From Terriglobia bacterium (GTDB lineage: Bacteria > Acidobacteriota > Terriglobia > Bryobacterales > Bryobacteraceae), in assembly GCA_021324185.1 (NCBI GenBank), contig JAJPJN010000006.1, positions 24,034 to 48,033 on the forward strand: a stretch of DNA of 24,000 nt, given 5' to 3'. The position numbers and the translations under genes were made by a program. This document shows positions 6,812 through 15,119 of the stretch, one piece after another. The notes below the pieces were generated by a model. The model was given only the letters and a program-made list of their open reading frames with translations. It made no database searches and was not told the origin of the DNA. Numbering within the stretch: position 1 is the stretch's first letter; each line of letters opens with the position of its first letter.

Positions 6812-8791
6812 TCAATTTGAGCGGCCCGACACACGCGTTGTTATCTGCTGGTACTGCGGAAAGCGGTTGAGCTGCTGCAGGATGGGGTCTACGCGCGCAA
6901 ACACCATCCAACCATCGTGTGTTCTGAGCCCCTCAGCGAGAAAAGCGAGCGCGCGGTCCGGGTTCCCGCTGAGCACGGCGATTTCTGCTCGTCCGACAGC
7001 ATTGCCAAACGCGACTCCGTCCCGGGCATCGAGCCAGCACTGCATGGCGGCCCGGTAGCCGTGTACCGAGAGCGCGTGTAAAATCGACTGCTGGTCTTCC
7101 GGAGGTACCGTGTAGGGGAACAGATACCGCAGTTGGTCGAATGCCTCCTTATCGCGGTGCTCGAAGCTGTAAACCATCCAAAGCTTGCGCCGGGCGCTCA
7201 AGAAACCGGGATCTTCCTGCAGAACTTTTTCCATCCGGCGCGCGGCTTCCGGAGCATTGCCGGCAAGGAATTCGATCCAGCCGCGATTCGTGCGCAGGAT
7301 CTGCGATTTCGGGTCTACTGCCAGCGCGCGGTCCATCCAATACCGGGCACCCTGCGGATCCTGTCGCGTTGCAAGGAACAAACTGTACCACTGCAGCGCA
7401 TTCGAGTTAGACGGGTCCAGCCGAATAGCATGCTGGAAGTCCTGTTCCGCATCTTTCCAGTTCCAGTCATAGAACCAGTGGCAAAAGGCGCGTGCAGCGT
7501 AGCCATCCGGCAACGAGTCGTCGAGAGACAGCGCGCGGGCAACGGCAGCTTTGGCTTCAAGAGCCGCCTTGGCGGGCTGTATCCAACCGTACTGGCCCAG
7601 CAAACCATAGGCTATGGCCTCATCGGCGTAAGCGCGAGCGAAGGACGGATCAGTGGCGGTAGCGGTCTTGAACTCCTCGAGAGCACTCAACAGGCTATGG
7701 CGCGTCCGCAACCAGAGAAAGTGCTCGCCGCGCAGATAGTGATCCGCGGCCACCGGCAGCGGAAGCGCTCGTTTTTCCGCGCCAAGCGAGAGCGCCCGGT
7801 CCCCGCACAGGCGCTGTATCACCCGAGCGGCGATATCGCGCTGGGCGCGATATACGTTGTCGGGATTGGTGACCGTTACATAGGTCCAGACGTGGCCTTC
7901 ATCCGAGCCACGGATTAGCTGCGAGGTCAGGCGCAGATTCTTGCTGTCTTTGCGGACACTACTCTCGATGACGTAACTGACATGCAGCTCCGTAGCAATG
8001 CTCCGGGCGGTCGCCGGCCTGCCTTTGTAGTACATGGCGGAGGTGCGCGCGGTCACGCGCATTAGATCGCCGGAGAGCATGGAAAGTTGGGCGATAAGCT
8101 CCTCGGTCATACCGTCGGCCAATGTATCTGTCTCTGTATCACCAGTAAGATTCACTATGGGGAGGACCGCGATGGAGATGGGTAATGAAGCGCGGCGGCT
8201 AGCGAATCTGGCCGAAAGAACCCAGCCGAAGGCGATCACACAAAACAAAGCTGCGCCTGCAGCGATCCAGCGGCGCCGGGCGCCAGTCTGCGCCGCACCG
8301 GGAAGAACCGGCAACAATTCTGGCGGAGTGGGAGCTAATTCCGGGTTACGCTCAAGCGCATCGGGAGATTCGGCCGGCGGGAGCGCGCTTTCGGATCTAC
8401 TAACCGACGTCCGTGTGTCGGGACCGGGTGCGTCGCATTCGTCTACATCAGCGACGAAGCGATAGCCCAATTTCGGAACCGTCTCGATGTACTTCGGCGC
8501 CGGGGCGGTGTCCTGCAACGCGTGGCGAACCTGCCGGATGGCGTAATTGAGCGCTTGTTCGAAGTCGACATGAACGTCGTCACCCCAGATCGCTCGCCGG
8601 ATCTGCTGGCGCGTGACGAGATCACCCGGATGGCCGGCCAGCAAAGCGAGTACGCGCAACGGCTGTGGCTGGATGCGAACTCGCGTACCGGCGCGAAGGA
8701 GCCGGCCTCCTTTTATATCCAACGTAAACGGGCCAAAGCGCTTCAGGGACTCGCCTGTGTTCTTCGTAGAATATTCCCCCGGGGATAACAA
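6812..8791 (-). CDS. membrane-anchored winged-helix (OmpR/CadC-type) transcriptional regulator with a periplasmic TolB-N-like module and TPR repeats
   Basis: 659 aa, TTG start. The N-terminus FGPFTLDIKGGRLLRAG...LRVLALLAGHPGDLVTRQQIRRAIWGDD...IETVPKLGYRF is a trans_reg_C wHTH. This is followed by a Pro/Ala-rich linker, one TM segment (WIAAGAALFCVIAFGWVLSA), then ISIAVLPIVNLTGD... and a TPR-like C-terminal half. Confidence 0.85.
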   Translation of the reverse strand: MLSPGEYSTKNTGESLKRFGPFTLDIKGGRLLRAGTRVRIQPQPLRVLALLAGHPGDLVTRQQIRRAIWGDDVHVDFEQALNYAIRQVRHALQDTAPAPKYIETVPKLGYRFVADVDECDAPGPDTRTSVSRSESALPPAESPDALERNPELAPTPPELLPVLPGAAQTGARRRWIAAGAALFCVIAFGWVLSARFASRRASLPISIAVLPIVNLTGDTETDTLADGMTEELIAQLSMLSGDLMRVTARTSAMYYKGRPATARSIATELHVSYVIESSVRKDSKNLRLTSQLIRGSDEGHVWTYVTVTNPDNVYRAQRDIAARVIQRLCGDRALSLGAEKRALPLPVAADHYLRGEHFLWLRTRHSLLSALEEFKTATATDPSFARAYADEAIAYGLLGQYGWIQPAKAALEAKAAVARALSLDDSLPDGYAARAFCHWFYDWNWKDAEQDFQHAIRLDPSNSNALQWYSLFLATRQDPQGARYWMDRALAVDPKSQILRTNRGWIEFLAGNAPEAARRMEKVLQEDPGFLSARRKLWMVYSFEHRDKEAFDQLRYLFPYTVPPEDQQSILHALSVHGYRAAMQCWLDARDGVAFGNAVGRAEIAVLSGNPDRALAFLAEGLRTHDGWMVFARVDPILQQLNRFPQYQQITTRVSGRSN

Positions 8792-8903
8792 GTGACCTTA
8801 TTGTAAGTTCCGGAGCAAGCCAAGTGCCAATAGAGGCGGCTAGCACCAGACCTAGAACCAGCGAACTGAAGCTGGCCAAGATGCTGGATTAAAAGTATTT
8901 AGC

Positions 8904-8958
8904 TGCTCATCTTTTGCTCATATCCCGCTTACATTTTGCTTATTTTCTGCTCCTGCGA
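8904..8958. repeat. five direct repeats with exact 11-bp phasing (core TGCTYAT)
   Basis: Units read directly from the sequence: 8904 TGCTCATCTTT, 8915 TGCTCATATCC, 8926 CGCTTACATTT, 8937 TGCTTATTTTC, 8948 TGCTCCTGCGA. They lie in the divergent intergenic region between the wHTH-TPR regulator (start 8791) and the PEP-CTERM gene (start 9054). TTGACG at 8965-8970 follows the array. Confidence 0.6.
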
Positions 8959-9053
8959 TGCGCATTGACGCGAGGTAGACAAGCCGGAAAACTAGCTGTG
9001 TAAGTGCGCTCTCGCTTTGTAGGGGAGGGCAAGGAGGAAATCTAAGAACAAAA

Positions 9054-9848
9054 ATGAAACCAATCTATAAGTACTTGGCTATCGCTGCGCTTTCAGCCAC
9101 GCTGGCGAGCGCGGACACTTTTAAGAACGGCAACTTCGAAACGGGGGATGCGACCGGCTGGACCATTGGAGGGGGGAACCGGGCGGGGGTGTCGAATTCG
9201 AGTATCAACATTCCCGATTTTTTGCCTGGGGGCTCGCTGTACAACGCCACTGTGGCCAGTACGCATTCATCAATCGTTACGCCCGGGCTCGACTCAAACA
9301 CGGGAAACAAGTTGAACCGTGTTTATAGCGGCAACTATTCCTGGCGGGTGGAAGATACGACATACGGCGGCTATGCTAGCGTTATTAGCCAGTCCGTAAA
9401 CAACTACACCGATCCGCAGATCTTCTTCGCCTGGGCGGCAGTTCTGGAGGGTGCACACGGGCCGGATGATGCAGCTACGGTAAAGATTCTGTTGACCGAC
9501 AACACAAAGGGCGATAGTCTGGTTTCCCGGCAGTACAACGCCGGCACCACCGGTTCCGGTGTCGATGCGCGATTCAATTATGAATCGAGCACTAATTACT
9601 ATTGGACGCCCTGGCAGATCGAGCAGATCACGCTGCCTGCCAGTCGCATTGGGGATAACTTCACGTTAAGCGTGCTAGCGGCGGACTGCGAGCCGACGGG
9701 TCACGTTGGTTATGCCTACCTCGATGGCTTCGGCGCGGTACTGCCGCCGCCTGCGACCGCACCGGAACCGGCGAGCTTGTCTTTGGTGGGTGCTTCGCTG
9801 GCAGGCGCGTTCTTTTACGTCCGCCGTAAACGCGCTAAACGCGCCTAA
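9054..9848 (+). CDS. PEP-CTERM sorting-domain secreted protein (N-terminal signal peptide, beta-rich jelly-roll-like body)
   Basis: 264 aa. Signal peptide MKPIYKYLAIAALSATLASA. The body starts FKNGNFETGDATGWTIGG. The C-terminus APEPASLSLVGASLAGAFFYVRRKRAKRA has the PEP motif, a TM helix and an Arg-rich tail. AAGGAGG at 9031-9037 lies 16 nt upstream. Confidence 0.85.
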   Translation: MKPIYKYLAIAALSATLASADTFKNGNFETGDATGWTIGGGNRAGVSNSSINIPDFLPGGSLYNATVASTHSSIVTPGLDSNTGNKLNRVYSGNYSWRVEDTTYGGYASVISQSVNNYTDPQIFFAWAAVLEGAHGPDDAATVKILLTDNTKGDSLVSRQYNAGTTGSGVDARFNYESSTNYYWTPWQIEQITLPASRIGDNFTLSVLAADCEPTGHVGYAYLDGFGAVLPPPATAPEPASLSLVGASLAGAFFYVRRKRAKRA

Positions 9849-9871
9849 TCTGAAGGGCTTTGCTAAACAAC

Positions 9872-9910
9872 GCCCGATCACTAAAACGGAGGCTGGTGAT
9901 CGGGCTTTTT
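9872..9910 (+). terminator. rho-independent terminator shared by convergent genes
   Basis: GCCCGATCAC (9872-9881) pairs perfectly with GTGATCGGGC (9896-9905) around a 14-nt loop, followed by TTTTT (9906-9910). On the minus strand the hairpin is followed by GTTGTTTAG. The stop codon of the minus-strand gene (9881-9883) lies at the left-arm/loop junction of the hairpin. Confidence 0.75.
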
Positions 9911-10498
9911 CGCCGCCCAGCCTCGCGCATCATTCCGCGGTCTCGATTCCTGATACATCATGCGTTGCTTGCTCCAGTCAATGGGCCCATCAGTGAATCG
10001 CTTCTGAAGCCGTGTCATGAGCTCGCTCCAGCCGCGTTGAAAATGTGCATACGCCTGATCCCACTCCGCTCCCTGTTTCCAGCCGAGATGGGTGGTGATC
10101 ACGTGAGTTCTATGCGCATCGATGGAATGCATCTCCACAACGACCCAGGTCCCGCCGTTTCGCACCGCAGGGAATTGCGGCGGGGCATTCCACTGGAATG
10201 AGATCATCTCCTCAGGAGCGTAGCTGAGAATTTTGAGCCCCTTTGTGCCAGATCGCTCGTCATTCGGATCGAATTGGATTTCGTAAGCTCCGCCGATCGC
10301 AAGCTGGATATTGGCTTTTTGAGCAAAAAACTCCTCTGCACCTTCCGATGTGGTGAATACGCGCCAGATCTCCGAAACCGGACCATTGACATCACCTTCC
10401 ACGCGAACCATTCGCCCGGCGCCGGACATGCTCTGCGCACAGAATGGAAGCGCTACAGCTCCCAGCACGAGGAAGGGAATACTATGCGCGAGTCTCAT
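9881..10498 (-). CDS. SRPBCC/AHSA1-like domain protein with N-terminal signal peptide
   Basis: 205 aa. MRLAHSIPFLVLGAVALPFCAQS is signal-like. The body (VSEIWRVFTTSEGAEEFF...ISFQWN...WVVVEMHSID...THVITTHLGW) resembles the Aha1/START-like SRPBCC fold. It lies 9 nt downstream of the preceding SRPBCC gene. Confidence 0.7.
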   Translation of the reverse strand: MRLAHSIPFLVLGAVALPFCAQSMSGAGRMVRVEGDVNGPVSEIWRVFTTSEGAEEFFAQKANIQLAIGGAYEIQFDPNDERSGTKGLKILSYAPEEMISFQWNAPPQFPAVRNGGTWVVVEMHSIDAHRTHVITTHLGWKQGAEWDQAYAHFQRGWSELMTRLQKRFTDGPIDWSKQRMMYQESRPRNDARGWAAKKPDHQPPF

Positions 10499-10507
10499 AC
10501 GTTCTCT

Positions 10508-10960
10508 TCACTGCTTCAAAACGATCTGGCCGGTTTCGAGCAGAGACTTCAGATTCGAGAGAATGCGAGGCCAGCCGCCCGATACGGCCTGAATGAGCTT
10601 TGATTCGGCGCGATTCATGGTGTGTGTGATCGTGAGCTTCACTGCATCCGATACCGGCTCAAGCTCGATGGTGCAGTACGCAAAGCCCTCCGCCTTTAAC
10701 TCCGGCCTGAGTTCGTGATGCCACTTCAGCACAATCCGCTTAGGCGGGTCGAATTCGATAATCTCTCCGGCGTCGGTAACGCGGCCATCGGAATAGAGCA
10801 TTTCCCAGCGCGCTCCGGGCTTCCAATCGGTCCTAAAGTGCACGCCGAACCAGTATTGCTTCATGAAGTCCGGATCCGTCAGCGCTGACCACAAGCGCTC
10901 CGGGCTGGTGCGAATGAAGGTCACATAGACGAAGGTGCTTTCATCGTTCTTAGTTGCCAT
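10508..10960 (-). CDS. SRPBCC (AHSA1/Aha1-like) domain protein
   Basis: 150 aa. FIRTSPERLWSALTDPDFMKQYWFG...EIIEFDPPKRIVLKW...LTITH is typical of the ArsR-linked SRPBCC family. The start overlaps the arsR-family stop by 11 nt. Confidence 0.85.
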   Translation of the reverse strand: MATKNDESTFVYVTFIRTSPERLWSALTDPDFMKQYWFGVHFRTDWKPGARWEMLYSDGRVTDAGEIIEFDPPKRIVLKWHHELRPELKAEGFAYCTIELEPVSDAVKLTITHTMNRAESKLIQAVSGGWPRILSNLKSLLETGQIVLKQ

Positions 10961-11279
10961 CCTGTTTTTCCAACCTTTTCTTGAGTTTTGAAAGCGCGCT
11001 CAGACGCGGCTGTTCGAACTTGCTGATCCATCGTTCTGCGATTTCGTTGATCGGCACGGGATTGATGAAATGAAGTCTCTCCCGCCCCTGGCGTTTCCAG
11101 GACAGCAGGTTTGCCGCTTTGAGGATCGCCAGGTGCTTGGCGACAGCCTGACGGGTCATATCGAGGCCCTCGCACAACTCGCCGAGTGTCTGCCCGTTCT
11201 TTTCATGCAGACGGTCGAGGAGTTGCCGCCGGCTGGGATCGGCCAAGGCCTTGAAAACGGCGTCATCCTGCATGTCCAA
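10950..11279 (-). CDS. ArsR/SmtB-family transcriptional regulator
   Basis: FKALADPSRRQLLDRLHEKNGQTLGELCEGLDMTRQAVAKHLAILKAANLL is the ArsR wHTH signature. The ORF track starts at TTG 11279; the in-frame ATG at 11273 (MQDDAVF...) is an equally plausible start. Confidence 0.9.
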   Translation of the reverse strand: MDMQDDAVFKALADPSRRQLLDRLHEKNGQTLGELCEGLDMTRQAVAKHLAILKAANLLSWKRQGRERLHFINPVPINEIAERWISKFEQPRLSALSKLKKRLEKQDGN

Positions 11280-11284
11280 TAGGT

Positions 11285-11331
11285 AACCATAAAGTTCCCT
11301 AACAAGTCCAATAATACGGAACTGTTTGGTT
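11285..11331. promoter_or_regulatory. imperfect inverted repeat upstream of the arsR-family gene (candidate operator, or hairpin ending the upstream gene)
   Basis: AACCATAAAGTTCC (11285-11298) against GGAACTGTTTGGTT (11318-11331): 12 of 14 positions complementary, 19-bp spacer. GTTCCCT also occurs twice as a direct repeat (11294-11300, 11329-11335). Confidence 0.3.
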
Positions 11332-11348
11332 CCCTGTCAAGATCCGGG

Positions 11349-11729
11349 CTAGGAATGTTTATCTAGCGGTTTACTGGATGGATGAACGAGCACTTGCAGC
11401 GCGATATTGCCTTCGGGCAGATGCTGGTAGCGCACGGTTACTTTTGCGTTCAATTTGCAGTTGGCCCGGTTCAGGCGCGTTTTCGGAGTGAGCTGGAAGG
11501 TGCGGGTGTCGGGTGGATGGCCGACTAATGTTCGAGAGACCGTGATCTGATCGTGGGTAATAGAGACCAAGGTGCCGGCGAAGTACTGGGGGCGCGGCGC
11601 GGGAGCAGGCGGAACGGTACTTGTGGCCGGAGGCGACGTTCCGGTACCGGCCTCAGGATTTTGTGCCGGGCAGACGCCTGCGCATAGGACAAGTGCAAAG
11701 AACAGCAGAGGCAGATCGTAAATTCTCAA
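11349..11729 (-). CDS. hypothetical secreted protein
   Basis: 126 aa, TTG start. Signal-like LPLLFFALVLCAGVCPAQ, a Pro/Thr-rich linker, then a beta-strand-rich body. No family recognised. Confidence 0.55.
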   Translation of the reverse strand: MRIYDLPLLFFALVLCAGVCPAQNPEAGTGTSPPATSTVPPAPAPRPQYFAGTLVSITHDQITVSRTLVGHPPDTRTFQLTPKTRLNRANCKLNAKVTVRYQHLPEGNIALQVLVHPSSKPLDKHS

Positions 11730-11795
11730 CTTTTACTTGTGTAACACAGAGAGAAGATCAGTAATTTAGCTGCTACTATGAAGATGTAGGCCCGA

Positions 11796-13739
11796 GTGGC
11801 CTTCCCCTCCGGAATTAATCTAGTGGCCTTACTAGTTAGCGACCACCGGCGTGACGAGGCAGTCTCGCCAGATCGCCTGCTGCGGGACGACCCGACGACA
11901 GCCTCGAACAAAGTTGCTATTTTCCAGTACCTGACGGTGGGGGTGTTTATTTTTCTGGTTTCGGGATTCTGGAAACTGCAAGTGCAGAGCCCGGATGTCT
12001 ACAGCGAGGCGGCGGAACGCAACCGGATCAAGAGCATTCCGATTCTGGCGCCGCGCGGGAAGATTCTCGACCGCGACGGGCGGGTAATCGTGGATAACAA
12101 AGCATCCTATTCACTGCTGTTGAACCGTGACCAGATCAAACCGGAGCATTTGCCCGCCATTGCGGATGCGCTGCAACTCGATTATGGGGAACTAGCGGCG
12201 AAGATTCGACGCATGGGCTCGAACCCGCAGATCATCATTAAAGATCAGCTCACGCGGGACGAGATTGCTTGGGTGGAATCGCATCAGGACGCCAGCGCGT
12301 ATCCGGAGATGCAATTAATCAGAGCCTGGCGGCGGCAGTATCCGCAGGATGGTTTTGCCGCTCACGTCGTTGGATATGTGGGTGAGATCAGCGAAAGCGA
12401 GCTGAATTCGCCGCAGTTTCTGGATTATCAGCAAGGCGCCATTATCGGCAAGGATGGGCTGGAGCGCGAATACGATCAGACGTTGCGCGGCGTGGATGGC
12501 CAGCAGCGGGTGCTGGTAGATAGCTGGGGCCGCGAGCGGCAAATGGAAGGCACAAGGGACGCTATTCCCGGAAAAGATCTGCGGACCACTTTGGATTTGG
12601 ATCTGCAGGCGGTGGCGGAACTGGCGATGGAAGGGAAGCGCGGGGCGGTGGTGGCTCTGGATCCGCGCAACGGGGAAGTGCTCGCCATGGTGAGCCGGCC
12701 GGCTTTCGATCCGAACAAGTTTACCGGGCGCATCAGCCGGGCCGATTGGAATGAGATTGCAGGCGATCCACACAAGCCGTTGATGAACCGGGCCATTCAG
12801 GCCGAACTAGCGCCGGGATCCACATTTAAGCCTTTTACCGCTTTGGCGGGTTTAGAAACGGGCGCAATTGATGACAAGACGATTTTCCATTGTCCAGGTG
12901 GCGCATCGTTTTACGGTCACTACTTCGCGTGCTGGAAGAAGGGTGGTCACGGCGATATCTCGCTGCACCGCGCGATTGAGCAATCTTGCGACGTGTTCTT
13001 CTACAACGTTGCGAACCGGGTTGGAATCGATCGGCTGGCGCATTATGCCGAGCTTGCAGGCTTCGGTCATAAGACCGGAGTTGATCTGCCGAATGAACGT
13101 GAAAGCACGATGCCTTCAACGAGATGGAAGATGCGCATGTTCCGCCAGAAGTGGTATGCGGGAGAGACCATTTCGGTAGGAATCGGGCAGGGGGCCGTTA
13201 CGGTATCGCCGCTGGAGCTGGCGGCGGCCGAGGGCGGCCTGGCAATCGGAGGCCACTGGTTTCAACCGCACCTGATCAAGGGCGCCCCGCCGAAGCTGCT
13301 GCGCGACGGCAATCTGAATCCGGATAACGTTCAGAAGATTGTCTACGGGATGTATGGCGTGGTCAATGAAGGCGGGACCGGGCACGCCGCCGCTTTACCG
13401 AACGTGAAAGTTTGCGGGAAGACCGGCACGGCGCAGATTGCCTCGTTGCAAGTGACCAAGGGCCGCTCAGCGGAGGAACTGAAAGACAATGCGTGGTTCG
13501 TCGGCTACGCGCCGGAGGAAGCGCCTGAAATTGTGGTGGTGGCCTTATTTGAGAACGGAGAGCATGGCGACCATGCCGCGCCCATCGTTCGCGACGTGTT
13601 GAAGGCGTACTTCGATAAGAAAGCGCGCGAGGGCAAATTCCAAACGCAGTCTGCTTTCGCGCCGCGTCTGCTTCTGGACGCGCCCCGGACGCCGCTGGCA
13701 GTTGCCAGCATCCCGGTTCAGAGAGGGATTCGTCAGTAG
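11796..13739 (+). CDS. mrdA: penicillin-binding protein 2 (elongasome transpeptidase)
   Basis: 647 aa. One N-terminal TM segment, the SxxK motif in APGSTFKPF, the SxN/D-type motif in EQSCDVFFY, and KTGTAQ. Directly followed by rodA. The GTG start at 11796 is uncertain (alternative GTG at 11823). Confidence 0.92.
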   Translation: MAFPSGINLVALLVSDHRRDEAVSPDRLLRDDPTTASNKVAIFQYLTVGVFIFLVSGFWKLQVQSPDVYSEAAERNRIKSIPILAPRGKILDRDGRVIVDNKASYSLLLNRDQIKPEHLPAIADALQLDYGELAAKIRRMGSNPQIIIKDQLTRDEIAWVESHQDASAYPEMQLIRAWRRQYPQDGFAAHVVGYVGEISESELNSPQFLDYQQGAIIGKDGLEREYDQTLRGVDGQQRVLVDSWGRERQMEGTRDAIPGKDLRTTLDLDLQAVAELAMEGKRGAVVALDPRNGEVLAMVSRPAFDPNKFTGRISRADWNEIAGDPHKPLMNRAIQAELAPGSTFKPFTALAGLETGAIDDKTIFHCPGGASFYGHYFACWKKGGHGDISLHRAIEQSCDVFFYNVANRVGIDRLAHYAELAGFGHKTGVDLPNERESTMPSTRWKMRMFRQKWYAGETISVGIGQGAVTVSPLELAAAEGGLAIGGHWFQPHLIKGAPPKLLRDGNLNPDNVQKIVYGMYGVVNEGGTGHAAALPNVKVCGKTGTAQIASLQVTKGRSAEELKDNAWFVGYAPEEAPEIVVVALFENGEHGDHAAPIVRDVLKAYFDKKAREGKFQTQSAFAPRLLLDAPRTPLAVASIPVQRGIRQ

Positions 13740-14827
13740 TGCCGGTATATCGCCCGCTCAAAGACCTGGACTGGCCGCTACTGATCGTCACGCTGATTTT
13801 GTGCGGTCTCGGGGTTTTGCAGATTTATAGCGCCACGCAGGGCACGCATTGGGCGGATGCATGGTGGAAGCAGATCATCTGGATTGCGACCGGCCTGATC
13901 ATGATGTGGGTGGTGGCGACCATCGATTACCATTCGTTGCTGGGCCGGGTGGTGTATTTGTACAGCGCCGCGGTGGCGCTGTTGGTTTTGACGCTGGTAT
14001 TGGGCAACCGAGTCTTTGGTTCCACGCGCTGGATTCGAGTCGGCGGCTTTACTTTGCAGACTTCCGAGTTCGTCAAGATCGTGTTGATCCTGTTAATTGC
14101 GAAGTATCTGACCGAATTGAAATCAGAGACGCTGGAATGGAGGGACCTGGCGAAACTGGGCGCGTTTGTAGCCGTTCCGATGGCGCTGGTTATGAAAGAG
14201 CCGGATTTGGGGACCTCGCTGACTTATATTCCGGTGCTGGTTTGCGGAATCTTCATGGCCGGTTTGCGCTGGAAGTATCTATTGGTGATTCTGGGGATAC
14301 TCGTCATTACTTTACCGATTGGTTATCATTTTCTTAAGCCGTATCAGAAGGATCGACTGGTCAGCTTTATCTACCCGGACCGCGATCCCAAGGGGACAGG
14401 TTTTCAGGTGATCCAATCGAGAATTGCGGTGGGCAACGGCGGAATGTGGGGGCGCGGAGCAAAGGAAAGCTCGCAAACGCATCTCGGCTTTTTGCCTGTG
14501 CCGCACACCGATTTCATCTTCGCCTCGTTTGCCGAAGAACACGGATTTGTAGGGATTGTGATCGCGCTAGTTCTGTATTTTCTGCTGATAATGCAGGTGG
14601 TGCAGAACGCGCAAACGGCGACAGACAAAGCAGGATTGTATGTCTGCATGGGGGTTGCCGCGCTGATTTTATTCCACGTGCTGGTGAATGTCGGAATGGT
14701 GGTTGGCCGGATGCCGGTAACCGGTATTCCGCTTCCCTTGATGAGTTCGGGAGGGTCCAATACGTGGTCGGTTTTCCTGATGCTGGGCTTGGTTAACAGT
14801 GTCAGATTACGAAGGTTTGTGAATTAA
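13739..14827 (+). CDS. rodA: rod-shape-determining SEDS glycosyltransferase RodA
   Basis: 362 aa polytopic membrane protein. DWPLLIVTLILCGLGVLQIYSAT, EPDLGTS, FLPVPHTDFIFASFAEEHGF, and PVTGIPLPLMSSGGSN are FtsW/RodA/SpoVE hallmarks. The GTG start overlaps the mrdA stop by 1 nt. Confidence 0.93.
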   Translation: MPVYRPLKDLDWPLLIVTLILCGLGVLQIYSATQGTHWADAWWKQIIWIATGLIMMWVVATIDYHSLLGRVVYLYSAAVALLVLTLVLGNRVFGSTRWIRVGGFTLQTSEFVKIVLILLIAKYLTELKSETLEWRDLAKLGAFVAVPMALVMKEPDLGTSLTYIPVLVCGIFMAGLRWKYLLVILGILVITLPIGYHFLKPYQKDRLVSFIYPDRDPKGTGFQVIQSRIAVGNGGMWGRGAKESSQTHLGFLPVPHTDFIFASFAEEHGFVGIVIALVLYFLLIMQVVQNAQTATDKAGLYVCMGVAALILFHVLVNVGMVVGRMPVTGIPLPLMSSGGSNTWSVFLMLGLVNSVRLRRFVN

Positions 14828-15094
14828 AGGCGTACCGGCCATCCACGGTGGAGACCGGTCAACTAAAAAAGGCTGGATTGAGCAGAAGGAATTTACGGAG
14901 CGCTAAGAGCGAGTTTGAAGTCGTCGACGACGTAAAGCGTGACTTAGAATGCCAGTGTCGAGGCAGTTGTTAGGAAAGCCGGAATATAAGATCTCCGGCG
15001 TAGAGCTTCCACTGGTTGTAACTAGTAACAATGTTTACGCCCGGTTGATTTGGGTGGCAGACACACAGCATTCCGGATATTCTCAGTAAGCTCA

Positions 15095-15116
15095 TCACCG
15101 GCCTAAAAGGCGGTGA
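15095..15116 (+). promoter_or_regulatory. stem-loop covering the Shine-Dalgarno-like region of the RNase E/G gene
   Basis: TCACCG(G)CC (15095-15103) pairs with GGCGGTGA (15109-16), with one bulged G and a TAAAA loop. The purine-rich right arm ends 3 nt before the ATG at 15120. Confidence 0.3.
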
Positions 15117-15119
15117 GTC

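Noticed and set aside
8622-8879. 85-aa minus-strand ORF with a hydrophobic N-terminus in the regulator's upstream region
   Set aside because: It has a TTG start with no RBS. About two-thirds of it overlaps the regulator gene in a different frame, and the overlapping part reads as noise. It is unlikely to be real.
14834-14859. Near-palindrome ACCGGCCATCCACGGTGGAGACCGGT after rodA
   Set aside because: Only the outer 5 bp pair cleanly and the inner arms leave a 1-nt loop. It is followed by an A-run rather than a T-run on the plus strand, so it is not a convincing terminator or operator.
14949-15089. 46-codon plus-strand ORF inside the rodA-rng spacer
   Set aside because: It has no RBS, its codons are AT-ending and unlike the rest of the window, and no motif is present. 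I treat the region as a non-coding leader.
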